The translations under genes and the position numbers were made by a program. Below are positions 41,173 through 51,507 of a DNA stretch of 64,000 bases, piece by piece; position 1 is the stretch's first letter; the number at the start of each line of letters is the position of its first letter. Location of the stretch: assembly GCA_963664225.1 (NCBI GenBank), contig OY760937.1:4704001-4768000 (forward strand), read 5' to 3'. This DNA is from Verrucomicrobiia bacterium. GTDB lineage: Bacteria > Verrucomicrobiota > Verrucomicrobiia > Limisphaerales > UBA1319. A model generated the notes under the pieces. It saw nothing but the letters and a program-made list of their open reading frames with translations, had not been told where the DNA came from and did no database searches.

Positions 41173-42279
41173 ATGAAGCGATCAAACCTCACCTCCTCGT
41201 TGTTCTCTTTGCTCATGGTCAGCAGCCTTTCAGCGCTGGCTGAAAACATCCCATTGCCGCGCAGCACGCCGGAGGCCCAGGGCGTTTCCTCGGCGGACAT
41301 CCGGGCCTACGTGGAGGCGGCGGATCAGCAGGTCAACACGATGCACAGTTTCATGCTGGTGCGGCATGGGCATGTCGTGGCGGAAGGTTGGTGGAAACCG
41401 GAAGCGGCGGACAAACCGCATGTGATGCATTCGTTAAGCAAGAGCTTCACATCGACGGCAGTCGGGCTCGCGGTCGCGGATGGGAAGTTGAGTGTCGATG
41501 ATCTGGTGCTGAAATTCTTCCCGGAGGAGGCACCAGCGCAGCCATCGAATAACCTCAAGGCGATGCGTGTGCGAGATCTGCTCACCATGACCTCGGGTCA
41601 GGAAGCGGAGGTGAAATTCTCGACGAATGCGCCCTGGGTGCAAACCTTCCTCGCGCAGCCAGTGCCGTTCAAGCCGGGCACGCATTTTCTCTACAACACG
41701 CCGGGCACCCACATGCTATCGGCCATCGTGCGCAAGGTGACCGGAGAAACCGTGCTGGACTATCTCAAGCCGCGATTGTTCGAGCCGCTGGGCATCGAAA
41801 ATCCCGAGTGGCCCAGCAGTCCGCAGGGCAACACCTTCGGCGGATGGGGCCTGAAGATTCGCACCGAGGACGTGGCGAAGTTTGGTCAGCTCTATTTGCA
41901 GAAGGGTAAATGGCACGGGAAGCAGCTTGTGCCCGCGGCTTGGGTGGCACAGGCGACCACGAAGCAGGTTTCCAACGGGAGCGATCCCACGAAAGATTGG
42001 GACCAGGGCTACTGCTTTCAATTCTGGCGCTGCCGTCATAATGCGTATCGGGGCGATGGAGCGAATGGACAGTTTTGCATAGTGCTGCCGGAACAGGACG
42101 CGGTGATCGCCATCACTGCTGACACGCGCGACATGCAGGCAGAGCTTAATGTCGTCTGGGACAAACTGCTGCCCGCGTTTCACGCCAAGCGTCTCCCGAC
42201 CAACAAGAAGGACAATCTTAAGCTGCAGGAAACACTCGCCAACCTCTCGGTTCGACCTGCGACCAACAGTGCGCCTTAG
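41173..42279 (+). CDS. Exported serine hydrolase, beta-lactamase/class C esterase fold
   Basis: Signal peptide, SxxK (SLSK), LLTMTSG, FLYN, RGDG..GQ. Confidence 0.88.
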   Translation: MKRSNLTSSLFSLLMVSSLSALAENIPLPRSTPEAQGVSSADIRAYVEAADQQVNTMHSFMLVRHGHVVAEGWWKPEAADKPHVMHSLSKSFTSTAVGLAVADGKLSVDDLVLKFFPEEAPAQPSNNLKAMRVRDLLTMTSGQEAEVKFSTNAPWVQTFLAQPVPFKPGTHFLYNTPGTHMLSAIVRKVTGETVLDYLKPRLFEPLGIENPEWPSSPQGNTFGGWGLKIRTEDVAKFGQLYLQKGKWHGKQLVPAAWVAQATTKQVSNGSDPTKDWDQGYCFQFWRCRHNAYRGDGANGQFCIVLPEQDAVIAITADTRDMQAELNVVWDKLLPAFHAKRLPTNKKDNLKLQETLANLSVRPATNSAP

Positions 42280-42480
42280 ACATTGAGTCACGTGTTGGGG
42301 TGCCAGTAATGGCGATTGACGTCCGGGACGCCAGGATTAATGCTGCCGTTAAAGGCACGCATGGAAGCCAGAGGGCAGTCCTATCGTGCGCATTGTCGTG
42401 GAAATCCGGGATGTGAACAGGCCCGGGATAATGGTTCTTCCATTTATGTCCCACGCAGGCATCGCATTGAGTCAGCAAGC

Positions 42481-44139
42481 ATGAGAATAGCATCGATGAT
42501 ATTGGCGGCCTTACTGGCGGCCGCGGCCGGGGCGGCGACGCCCGAGGCGGTGACCAATGTATTTGAAAGCGCCACCGTGCCCATCGCGGAAAACCGGCTC
42601 GATAAGCTTGTGTTTGACGGGCTGGCAAAATTGAACCTCCAGCCGGTCCTCTGTTCCGACGCGGTGTTTGTCCGACGCGCCTTTCTGGATGTGATTGGCA
42701 CCCTGCCAACGGCGGCTGAAGCGCGGGAGTTCATTCAGGATCCAGACTCGAAAAACAAACGCCGGGTCTTGATCGAACAGTTGCTGGCCCGGGAAGAGTT
42801 TGCCGATAACTGGGCCATGAAGTGGGGTGACATCCTGCGGATCAAAGCGGAGTTTCCCGTGAACCTCTGGCCTAATGCGGCGCAGGCCTATCACCGGTGG
42901 GTCCGGGCCTCCATCGCGGAGAACAAACCGTACGACAAGTTCGTCCGCGAGTTGCTCACCTCCAGCGGCAGCAATTTCCGGGTGGGTCCGGTCAATTTCT
43001 ATCGCGCGATCCAGAACCGCACGCCGGAAGGGATTGCCACCGCGGTGGCGTTAACGTTCATGGGCGCGCGGTCGGAGTCCTGGCCGACCAATGAACTTTC
43101 CGGAATGGCGGCCTTTTTCGCGCAGGTTGGTTACAAGCCAACTCGCGAGTGGAAGGAGGAGATCGTCTTTTGGGATCCGCTCCATTCGACCGGATGGGCC
43201 ACCAACGATGCGTCGGGACTAGCGATTCAGCCGCCAGCGGTCAATCCGTTGCAACAGGCGGTTTTTCCAGATGGAACCCGGATTGAACTGCCCGCAAATC
43301 GCGATCCGCGCGAGATCTTTGCCGATTGGTTGATCACGCCCAAGAACCCCTGGTTCACACGCAGCGTGGCGAACCGCGTCTGGTCCTGGCTGCTGGGGCG
43401 CGGCATCTTTCAAGAGCCGGATGATATTCGGCCGGATAATCCGCCGAGCAATCCCGCGCTGCTGGCGTTTTTGGAACAGGAACTGATCGCCTCCCATTAC
43501 GACTTGCAGCATCTCTACAGGTTGATACTCAAATCGAACACCTATCAACTTTCCTCCATGGCAGGGACTAATAATGAGGCTGCCGCCAATTTTGGGAGGT
43601 ATCCCCTGCGGCGGCTGGATGCGGAGGTGTTGATTGACGCCATCAACAAGATTACGGGCGCGACCGATCTTTACACCAGTTCCATCCCGGAGCCGTTCAC
43701 CTATATTCCCGAAGACAAGCCAGCCATCGCGCTGCCGGACGGCAGCATCACCAGTCCCTTCCTGGCCTTGTTTGGGCGGTCGGCGCGTGCCACTGGATTG
43801 GAGAGCGAGCGCGACAACAAAGCGGTCCCTGCCCAGTCGCTGCACCTGCTTAATTCAAGTCATATTCAACGCAAGCTCGAACAAGGACCCAAACTCAAAG
43901 AGCTGCTCAATTCCGGCCGCAAACCGCCGGAAATCGTCGAGGAACTTTACCTGACCGTTCTCTCTCGCTTTCCGACGCCAGACGAGGTGACCAGCGCCCT
44001 GGCCTACGGCAGCCTCAGCGCAACGAACAAGCCGGGCAAGGCCGGGGCGCGCCCGGCAGGGGCTGCAAAACGGCGCGACGACTGGATGGACATCACCTGG
44101 GCGTTAATCAACAGCACCGAATTTCTTTATCGGCATTGA
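42481..44139 (+). CDS. DUF1549/DUF1553 (PSD1-like) domain protein
   Basis: DAVFVRRAFLDVIGTLPT, NKPYDKFVRELL, NPWF...ANRVW..LLGRGI, PPSNPALL, RRLDAE, WALINS.EF..RH; signal peptide from ATG 42481. Confidence 0.9.
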   Translation: MRIASMILAALLAAAAGAATPEAVTNVFESATVPIAENRLDKLVFDGLAKLNLQPVLCSDAVFVRRAFLDVIGTLPTAAEAREFIQDPDSKNKRRVLIEQLLAREEFADNWAMKWGDILRIKAEFPVNLWPNAAQAYHRWVRASIAENKPYDKFVRELLTSSGSNFRVGPVNFYRAIQNRTPEGIATAVALTFMGARSESWPTNELSGMAAFFAQVGYKPTREWKEEIVFWDPLHSTGWATNDASGLAIQPPAVNPLQQAVFPDGTRIELPANRDPREIFADWLITPKNPWFTRSVANRVWSWLLGRGIFQEPDDIRPDNPPSNPALLAFLEQELIASHYDLQHLYRLILKSNTYQLSSMAGTNNEAAANFGRYPLRRLDAEVLIDAINKITGATDLYTSSIPEPFTYIPEDKPAIALPDGSITSPFLALFGRSARATGLESERDNKAVPAQSLHLLNSSHIQRKLEQGPKLKELLNSGRKPPEIVEELYLTVLSRFPTPDEVTSALAYGSLSATNKPGKAGARPAGAAKRRDDWMDITWALINSTEFLYRH

Positions 44140-44171
44140 GGTCGAGCCAAGAAGAAATGCGCTTTAATGAC

Positions 44172-45530
44172 ATGAAAACAAACCACACCCCGTCCCACGA
44201 AAGAAGGATTTCACGACGCGAGGCGATGCGCCGGGGCCTTTGCGGCACGGCGGGTTTGCTGCTGGCCGGGGGGCTTGGCGCGGATGCCCTGGCGGCCGAG
44301 ACGAAGCAGGCTGCCAAGATCCAACCCAAAGCCCGATCGGTCATCCAGGTTTTCTTGTGGGGCGGCATGTCGCATAACGACACCTGGGATCCGAAACCGG
44401 ACTCCGGCTACGATTACATGGGTGATTTCTCGAAGGTCATTCCCACCAACGTGGACGGCATTCAGCTCGGGGCGCTGTTTCCCGAACTGGCGAAACAGGC
44501 CGATAAATATTCCCTGATCCGTAGCATGACCCATGGGAACAACGGCCATGAAACGGCGGCCTACCTGATGCAAACCGGACACACACCCGGCGAACGGCTG
44601 GCGTATCCCAGCGTTGGTGCGGTGTTTTCCTTGTTCAAGAGTCCCGAATACAAGGGGATCATTCCGCCGTATGTGGTGCTGACCCAGCCCCAGGGGCGGT
44701 TCTCCGAAGAGGGCTTTTTGGGACCGAAATATAAACCCTTTGCCACGGGTGGGGATCCGAATGCGGCACGGTTCGAGGTGGAAGGTGTCGTGGCCCGGGG
44801 CATCTCCGATGACCGCCAAAAGAATCGGCGCGAGTTGCTCGAAAAGATGAACACGCTGGGCAACGCGATGAGCGCCAATCCGCAAGTGGCGGCCGCAGAA
44901 GATGCGAGGGACAAGGCTTACGAATTGATACTGGGCCAGGGCAAGGATGTGTTCGATCTCTCCAAGGAGAAACCGGAATTGCGGGATCGGTATGGCCGTC
45001 ACACGTTTGGGCAGGACTGCCTTGTGGCGCGGCGGTTGGTCGAGACAGGAGTTCCGTATGTTGTCATCAACTACCCCGGTGGGTGGGACACTCACAGCAA
45101 CCATTTTGCGACCATGCGCCGACAGTGCCCGCAACTGGATCAAGGACTGGCGATGCTGCTGCAGGATTTGAAGGATCGCGATTTGCTCGAGAGCACGATC
45201 GTCTGGTGTTGCGGGGAGTTTGGCCGGGGGCCCAAGGTGGACTGGCAGCCGCCGTGGAATGGGGGGCGCAACCATTACGGCAAAGTCTTCACCGTCCTGG
45301 TCGCCGGCGGCGGGTTCAAGGGTGGTCACATTGTCGGATCCTCCGACGCCAAAGCAGAGGAGGTCAAGGAGCGACCCGTTTATCCGGTGGACCTGCTCGG
45401 CAGCATTTATAAATTGGCCGGCATCGATGCCAACACCCGATTGCCGCACCCCATGGGCCTGGAAGCGCATGTGCTGCCCGACGCCTCGGAAGGGGTGAAG
45501 TCCGCCGGACTGCTGACCGAGATCATGTAG
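44172..45530 (+). CDS. DUF1501 domain protein (Tat signal)
   Basis: ISRREAM twin-arginine signal, LWGGMSHNDTWDPKP, GGWDTH, GEFGR.P, GRNH, AGGG.KGG. Confidence 0.92.
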   Translation: MKTNHTPSHERRISRREAMRRGLCGTAGLLLAGGLGADALAAETKQAAKIQPKARSVIQVFLWGGMSHNDTWDPKPDSGYDYMGDFSKVIPTNVDGIQLGALFPELAKQADKYSLIRSMTHGNNGHETAAYLMQTGHTPGERLAYPSVGAVFSLFKSPEYKGIIPPYVVLTQPQGRFSEEGFLGPKYKPFATGGDPNAARFEVEGVVARGISDDRQKNRRELLEKMNTLGNAMSANPQVAAAEDARDKAYELILGQGKDVFDLSKEKPELRDRYGRHTFGQDCLVARRLVETGVPYVVINYPGGWDTHSNHFATMRRQCPQLDQGLAMLLQDLKDRDLLESTIVWCCGEFGRGPKVDWQPPWNGGRNHYGKVFTVLVAGGGFKGGHIVGSSDAKAEEVKERPVYPVDLLGSIYKLAGIDANTRLPHPMGLEAHVLPDASEGVKSAGLLTEIM

Positions 45531-45539
45531 CCATTCCTG

Positions 45540-47765
45540 ATGAAACCCATGCGCTTGATTAAATACATTATGGTCCTGGCCTTGGGACTGGCCGGTTTGG
45601 CGATCGTTACACCAGTCGCGCATGCGCAGGGGCGGCCGTATGTCGGTTTTGCCTATCCAGCGGGCGGCCAGCAAGGCACGACATTTAAGATCAGGCTGGG
45701 CGGTCAAGGCTTGGACGGTGTCAACGAGGCGCTTATTACCGGCTCGGGCGTAACCGCCAAAGTGGTGGAGTATCACCGGAGACTCAACAACCAGGAGATG
45801 CAGTTGTTGAAGGAGCAATTGAAGATATTGAAGCAAACGAACGCCGAGGTTGCCACGGTAATGGCCCCGCAGATGATGCCCGATCTCATGGATGAGATGT
45901 CTGCAGGAGAGGCTCCGGCCAAAGATGATCTGATCGTCAGAATCGGGGAGCGGATCGACGAATTTGTTCCAACACCGGCCAGCGCCTCAATCTCATCGCT
46001 GGTTTTTGTGGAGGTTAAGATTGCGCCAGACGCCCAGCCGGGCGCGCGGGAAATTCGTCTGGCAACCTTGAGAGGGGTGTCGAATCCGCTCATGTTCCAC
46101 GTCGGCCAGGTGCCGGAGTTCAGCCGGAAACCAATGCTTACCGCCACACTGCAAGTGCTCGGCAAGGAGGCACAGGCGTTGCGCAAGCGTCCTGCCGCTG
46201 AGGTGGAGGATCGCATCACCATACCCTGCACCGTAAATGGCCAGATCGCCTCGGGTGAAGAAAATCGGTATCGATTCACGGCACGCAAAGGTCAACGGCT
46301 GGTGCTCACCACCCTGGGTCGGCAACTGATCCCGTTTATTGCCGATGCGGTTCCCGGCTGGTTTCAACCTGTCCTGGCCCTTTACGACGCGGATGGGAAG
46401 GAGGTGGCGTATGACGACGACTACCGGTTCATGCCAGATCCGATCCTTTTTTACGAAGTGCCCAAGGACGGGGAATTTGTATTCGCAATCCACGACAGTA
46501 TCTACCGCGGGCGCGAGGATTTCGTTTATCGTGTCACCATTGGCGAACTGCCTTTTGTAACAGGGATATTTCCTTTAGGTGGCCGGGCGGGGGCTCCGGT
46601 GACCCTCAAGATGAAAGGCTGGAACCTCGATAAGACCGAACAGACGCCACCGGCAAATGAAGCCGGGCCGGGAATTTATCTGCTCACAACGAGCGGGAAA
46701 GGATTTGTTTCCAATCGCGTGCCGTTCGCATTGGACACATTGCCTGAATGCTTCGACAAGGAACCCAACAACGACCCTGCGCATGCCCAAAAGGTAAAAC
46801 CACCCATGATCGTCAACGGGCGGATTGATCGACCGGACGATTGGGACGTGTTCCAATTCACGGGCAAATCCAATGACACGATCGTTGCGGAAGTTTCTGC
46901 GCGCCGACTCGATTCGCCGCTGGATTCCGTGCTCAAACTCACCGATGCGCAAGGCACCTTGCTGGCGTTTAACGATGACCACGCAGGCCTGGGATCGGGA
47001 GTAAACACGCACGACGCGGATTCTTATCTCATGGCCAGACTCCCTGCGGACGGCACCTATTATGTCCATTTGGGCGACACCGCGCGCAATGGCGGTGAAG
47101 CGTACGCCTACCGCTTGCGCATCAGCGCGCCGCAACCTGATTTTGCGCTGCGCGTCGTGCCATCCAGCGCCAGCCTTCGCAGGAACTCCACCGTCGCTGT
47201 CACCGTTCATGCCATACGCAGGGACGGCTTCACCGGCCCCATAAAACTGAGTCTGAAAGACGCGCCGGGGGGATTCACCTCGGCGCCAGTGACTTTGTCG
47301 GCGACTCAAACTGTGGCACAGCTCACGATTAAAACTACCCTGGTTGCAACGAAGGAGCCAGCTGCCCTGTCCATCGTTGGCAGCGCGAAGATTGGTGAAG
47401 CCGTGATCATCCATGAGGCCGTTCCTGCGGAAGACCGGATGCAAGCTTTCTTGTGGCGACACCTCGTTCCCGCCCAGGACTTCCAGGTCGTGGTCTTCGA
47501 TCCGGGATACAATCCAACGCCCCGACGCGCACCGCGGGTCCGTCCGTCGGCCCCGGTCGAAACCAACGCGACCTTCGCAGCCACGGCTCCGATGGCCACT
47601 GTGGGAACGAACACCGCGGCCACTGTTCCGGCGACCAAGAAACTCAACTTCACCAAACAACAGATCACCGGGCGTCTAAGGCAATTAAAACTGCTTTACG
47701 AAGAGGATTTGCTCACGGAAGATTTCTACGACGACAAGGTTGCAGAATGCGAAGCCGCGCGGTGA
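45540..47765 (+). CDS. Exported PPC (pre-peptidase C-terminal)-repeat protein with a SHOCT-like tail
   Basis: YPAGGQQG, KEPNND, NGRI...D.D.F.F, DSPLDSVL, Y.YRLRI; terminal RLRQLKLLYEEDLLTEDFYDDK. Confidence 0.82.
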   Translation: MKPMRLIKYIMVLALGLAGLAIVTPVAHAQGRPYVGFAYPAGGQQGTTFKIRLGGQGLDGVNEALITGSGVTAKVVEYHRRLNNQEMQLLKEQLKILKQTNAEVATVMAPQMMPDLMDEMSAGEAPAKDDLIVRIGERIDEFVPTPASASISSLVFVEVKIAPDAQPGAREIRLATLRGVSNPLMFHVGQVPEFSRKPMLTATLQVLGKEAQALRKRPAAEVEDRITIPCTVNGQIASGEENRYRFTARKGQRLVLTTLGRQLIPFIADAVPGWFQPVLALYDADGKEVAYDDDYRFMPDPILFYEVPKDGEFVFAIHDSIYRGREDFVYRVTIGELPFVTGIFPLGGRAGAPVTLKMKGWNLDKTEQTPPANEAGPGIYLLTTSGKGFVSNRVPFALDTLPECFDKEPNNDPAHAQKVKPPMIVNGRIDRPDDWDVFQFTGKSNDTIVAEVSARRLDSPLDSVLKLTDAQGTLLAFNDDHAGLGSGVNTHDADSYLMARLPADGTYYVHLGDTARNGGEAYAYRLRISAPQPDFALRVVPSSASLRRNSTVAVTVHAIRRDGFTGPIKLSLKDAPGGFTSAPVTLSATQTVAQLTIKTTLVATKEPAALSIVGSAKIGEAVIIHEAVPAEDRMQAFLWRHLVPAQDFQVVVFDPGYNPTPRRAPRVRPSAPVETNATFAATAPMATVGTNTAATVPATKKLNFTKQQITGRLRQLKLLYEEDLLTEDFYDDKVAECEAAR

Positions 47766-47781
47766 ATTGTTGAGATAAACC

Positions 47782-47910
47782 ATGAACCAAAAATCCAAAG
47801 ACCGTCTGTTTAACGCGGCGTTGATCGCGCTGTTTTTGGTCATTCTCACAGGGTGCGCGTGGTGGATCATACATACCATGACCAAATGGACGATCAAGGG
47901 ACTGGGCTAG
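47782..47910 (+). CDS. Unannotated 42-aa membrane peptide or possible lipoprotein
   Basis: Hand translation MNQKSKDRLFNAALIALFLVILTGCAWWIIHTMTKWTIKGLG*; starts 16 nt after the PPC gene stop; below the ORF-track length cut-off. Confidence 0.5.
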   Translation: MNQKSKDRLFNAALIALFLVILTGCAWWIIHTMTKWTIKGLG

Positions 47911-48072
47911 AAACTGCAGAAAACTCCGCAATGTCCACATTCATTGCGACTCTCAGCAGGCTTCCGAAATGCAAATCAAGGGCAAAACGCTCGAACGAAT
48001 TGAGAGAGACCTTGTGGAACGAAACGGAGGAAACCAAAAAACCCAGAAACTTAAAGGCGCTGAATTAACTCC

Positions 48073-51000
48073 ATGTCAATAGAGATGTCACACAAAGAAG
48101 TTGCCTATAACAAGCAGCCGGTAAAAGGCAAAGGGTTGGGCGCCGTTGCCGTCCGGATAGAGGAAGTCGTGATCCCGACTTACATGCCCGCGCTGCCTGA
48201 CAAGAATCCGATGTTTTTGGAGAAGCGGGTTTATCAGGGAAGCAGCGGGAAGGTCTATCCACTGCCTTTTACCGACCGCATTGCTGAAAAGCCGATGGAT
48301 CGCAAGTGGAAAGCCGTGTGGATCGAGAACGAGTTCATCCGCGCCATGGTGCTGCCCGAAATCGGCGGGCGCATTCACATCCTTCAGGACAAGACCAACG
48401 GTTATGATGTCATTTACAACCAGCCCGTGATCAAACCCGCGCTGGTGGGATTGAGTGGACCGTGGATCAGCGGTGGCATTGAGTTCAACTGGCCGCAACA
48501 CCACCGTCCGGCGACGTTTCTGCCTGCGGACTTTGAGATCGAGGAACACGCGGACGGCTCGAAAACGATCTGGTGCAGTGACCATGATCCCATGGCGCGC
48601 ATGAAAGGCATGCATGGCATATGCCTGCACCCCGGCCGCTCCCACCTGGAACTCAAGGTCCGGGCCTATAATCGGACCCCGTTTACGCAGACGTTTCTCT
48701 GGTGGGCCAACGTGGCGACACGCGTTCATGAATCCTATCAGAGCTTTTTCCCGCCAGACGTTTATTATGTGGCCGATCATGCGCGACGCTCCATGAGCGA
48801 GTATCCGCTCTGCCAGGGTAAATATTACGGGGTGGATTATGGCGAGCGCGGACGCAAAGGCGTGCCAATGACCGGGCGACCCGCGAAGTTTATTCCACCG
48901 CACTGCGGTGGGAAGGAAGACGTGGACTATGCGCCGAACGATTTGTCCTTCTACGCGAACATTCCCGTTCCCACATCCTACATGTGCATGGGGAGCAAGG
49001 AGGATTTCTTTGGCGGCTACGATTATGCGGCGCAGGCCGGGATTGTCCACTATGCCAATCACCATATCTCGCCTGGGAAGAAACAGTGGACCTGGGGCAA
49101 TCACGAGTTCGGTTATGCCTGGGATCGCAACCTTACCGATGCCGATTCGCGCGGTGAGTTCGCCCCTTACATCGAGATCATGGCCGGAGTTTACACGGAT
49201 AACCAACCCGACTTCAGCTTCCTGCAACCCGGCGAAACAAAATCCTGGAGTCAGTATTGGTATCCAATTCAGAAAATTGGCCCTGCTCGCCACGCCAATC
49301 CCGATGCGGCCCTTAATCTGCAATTAGTAAAAGGTGAATTGCACTTTGGCGTAGCGGTCACTTCCATCCGGCCTCGAGCGGTTGTCAGCATAACCGCGAA
49401 GGGGAGGCGGTTGGTGCAGTTCAAGCGCGACCTTTCGCCTGCGCAGCCGCTGGTTGAGAAAATTAAATTGCCGCACGGCATTGCCGAAACGGACTTGGTC
49501 ATTCGCGTTAACGATGAGGCAGGCTGTGAGCTGATTGCGTATCAACCCAAGAGACGCGTGAAGGGGGACGTGCCTCCACCTGCCACGGAGCCGCCAGAGC
49601 CAGAACAGATAAAGAGCGCGGACGAACTTTTTATTATCGGGCTGCATCTTGATCAATACCGCCACGCCACTCGATCACCGGTGCTCTATTGGCGTGAAGC
49701 GTTGCGCCGGGATCCTCTCGATGCGCGCTGCAATAATGCAATGGGCTTGTGGCATCTGCGCCGGGGTGAATTGCCTGACGCGGAAAAGCATTTTCGCAAG
49801 GCCATTGAACGCCTTACGAGTCGCAACTCGAATCCTTACGACGGTGAAGCTTTCCATAATCTCGGCTTGTGTCTGCGTTTCTCAGATCGTGACGACGACG
49901 CTTACGCTGCATTCTACAAGGCGACCTGGAATCAGGCTTGGGCCGCGGCCAGTTACCACGCTCTGGCGGAAATCGATTGCACGCGCTCAGATTGGAGGAC
50001 TGCTTTGGAGCACATCAATCGGTCGTTGCGTTTCGATAGCGATCCTCTCCGCGCGCGAAACCTGAAAGTCCTGATTTTGCGAAGATTGGGCGATGTCGGC
50101 GCGGCTAACATACTGCTTCAGGATACGCTCCAACTCGACCGGCTCGATTGGTGGGCACGCCATCTCAATGGGCAGCGTGTGGGCTGCGATTTGCAGACCC
50201 AGTTGGATGTCGCGCACGATTATGCCAGGGCCGGTTTTCTGGACGAGGCTATTGATTTACTCAAAGGTGCGACAGCAACGCCGCGTGATTTGCCAGATCA
50301 AAGTTGGGGTGCCTTGCCATTGGTTCATTATACACTGGGTTGGTTGGAGACGAAGAGGTGCGATCCAAAGGCGGCATTAAGCCAATTCAAACGAGCGGCT
50401 GCACTGGACCCTGATTATTGCTTTCCGGCGCGCCTTGAAGAAATTGCCGTTCTCGAAACAGCCATGCGCGCAAATCCTGGTGATGCCCGGGCTCCGTATT
50501 ACCTTGGGAATTTGCTTTATGACCGTCGGCGTCACGAAGAGGCGATCCGTTTGTGGGAACGCAGCGCAAAGCTTGATCCAGAATTCTCCATTGTCTGGCG
50601 CAATCTCGGCATCGGTTACTTCAACATTCGGAAACAACCAGCCAAAGCTCGCGCGAGTTACAATCAGGCGTTCAAAGTCAATCCGGGCGACGCGCGGTTG
50701 CTCTACGAGCGTGATCAACTTTGGAAGCGTTTGGGTGACAAGCCGCAGAAGCGCCTGGGAGAACTCGCCAGGCATCCCGATCTCGTCCAGCAAAGAGATG
50801 ATTTGAGCGTTGAACTGTGCGCGATATTTAATCAGACAGGCCAGTACGACAAGGCTACCGAGATGGTCGCCAGTCGGCAGTTTCAGCCCTGGGAAGGCGG
50901 CGAGGGCGGGCCACTGGGACAGCATGTACGCGCTCAACTCGCTCTGGGTCGCATGGCGTTGGAACGACGCGATTTTACCGAAGCCCGCGCGCATTTTGAA

Positions 51001-51507
51001 CAGGCCCTTGCAGCGCCGCGGAATTTGAGCGAAGCCAGGCATTTGCTGGCGAATCAAAGTGATATCCATTACTGGCTTGGTTGCGCGCACGCCGGTTTGG
51101 GCGATTCCGCGTCCGCCAAAAAGCACTGGATTGCGTCAGCGAATTTCAAGGGTGATTTTCAGGAAATGAGCGTTCGCGCATTCAGTGAGATGACCTATTA
51201 CTCGGCGCTTTCCTGGGAGAAACTTGGCCAGCATGTGCAATCGAAACAATTGCTTCTGGATTTGCTCGCGCATGCCCGGAAACTTGAGAAAACTACAGCA
51301 AAGATCGATTACTTTGCCACATCTCTCCCAACCATGCTCCTGTTCGATGACGACATGCAATATCGTCAGGTGACCACCGCGTTATTCCTGCAGGCGCAGG
51401 CGCACCTTGGACTTGGCAAGAAGGCGAAAGCGAAGTCGTTGCTTCGAACGGTTCTAATGCGGGACCCAAACCACGCGCTGGCGGCGGATCTTTTAAGCGG
51501 GCTTTGA
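48073..51507 (+). CDS. DUF5107 domain + TPR repeat protein
   Basis: YQGSSGKVYP, LPEIGGRI, IKPALVGL.GPWISGGIEFNWPQHHRP, PGKKQWTWG, YIEIMAGVYTDNQPDF; TPR-rich C-terminal half. Confidence 0.9.
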   Translation: MSIEMSHKEVAYNKQPVKGKGLGAVAVRIEEVVIPTYMPALPDKNPMFLEKRVYQGSSGKVYPLPFTDRIAEKPMDRKWKAVWIENEFIRAMVLPEIGGRIHILQDKTNGYDVIYNQPVIKPALVGLSGPWISGGIEFNWPQHHRPATFLPADFEIEEHADGSKTIWCSDHDPMARMKGMHGICLHPGRSHLELKVRAYNRTPFTQTFLWWANVATRVHESYQSFFPPDVYYVADHARRSMSEYPLCQGKYYGVDYGERGRKGVPMTGRPAKFIPPHCGGKEDVDYAPNDLSFYANIPVPTSYMCMGSKEDFFGGYDYAAQAGIVHYANHHISPGKKQWTWGNHEFGYAWDRNLTDADSRGEFAPYIEIMAGVYTDNQPDFSFLQPGETKSWSQYWYPIQKIGPARHANPDAALNLQLVKGELHFGVAVTSIRPRAVVSITAKGRRLVQFKRDLSPAQPLVEKIKLPHGIAETDLVIRVNDEAGCELIAYQPKRRVKGDVPPPATEPPEPEQIKSADELFIIGLHLDQYRHATRSPVLYWREALRRDPLDARCNNAMGLWHLRRGELPDAEKHFRKAIERLTSRNSNPYDGEAFHNLGLCLRFSDRDDDAYAAFYKATWNQAWAAASYHALAEIDCTRSDWRTALEHINRSLRFDSDPLRARNLKVLILRRLGDVGAANILLQDTLQLDRLDWWARHLNGQRVGCDLQTQLDVAHDYARAGFLDEAIDLLKGATATPRDLPDQSWGALPLVHYTLGWLETKRCDPKAALSQFKRAAALDPDYCFPARLEEIAVLETAMRANPGDARAPYYLGNLLYDRRRHEEAIRLWERSAKLDPEFSIVWRNLGIGYFNIRKQPAKARASYNQAFKVNPGDARLLYERDQLWKRLGDKPQKRLGELARHPDLVQQRDDLSVELCAIFNQTGQYDKATEMVASRQFQPWEGGEGGPLGQHVRAQLALGRMALERRDFTEARAHFEQALAAPRNLSEARHLLANQSDIHYWLGCAHAGLGDSASAKKHWIASANFKGDFQEMSVRAFSEMTYYSALSWEKLGQHVQSKQLLLDLLAHARKLEKTTAKIDYFATSLPTMLLFDDDMQYRQVTTALFLQAQAHLGLGKKAKAKSLLRTVLMRDPNHALAADLLSGL

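Noticed and set aside
41173..42279. Antibiotic-resistance beta-lactamase
   Set aside because: SxxK and YxN-region motifs fit the broad serine hydrolase/esterase family, and the KTG triad of true beta-lactamases is replaced by RGDG.
44211..45836. 541-aa antisense ORF over the DUF1501 gene
   Set aside because: Shadow of a GC-rich coding strand; no recognisable motifs, whereas the plus-strand product has clear family signatures.
47975..48030. Possible c-di-GMP-I riboswitch (AGGGCAAA)
   Set aside because: The following GNRA-capped stem and GACGCAAAG core are not present.
48088..49323. 411-aa antisense ORF (likewise 14001-15041 and 46575-47660)
   Set aside because: Fully nested opposite well-supported genes, with atypical composition.
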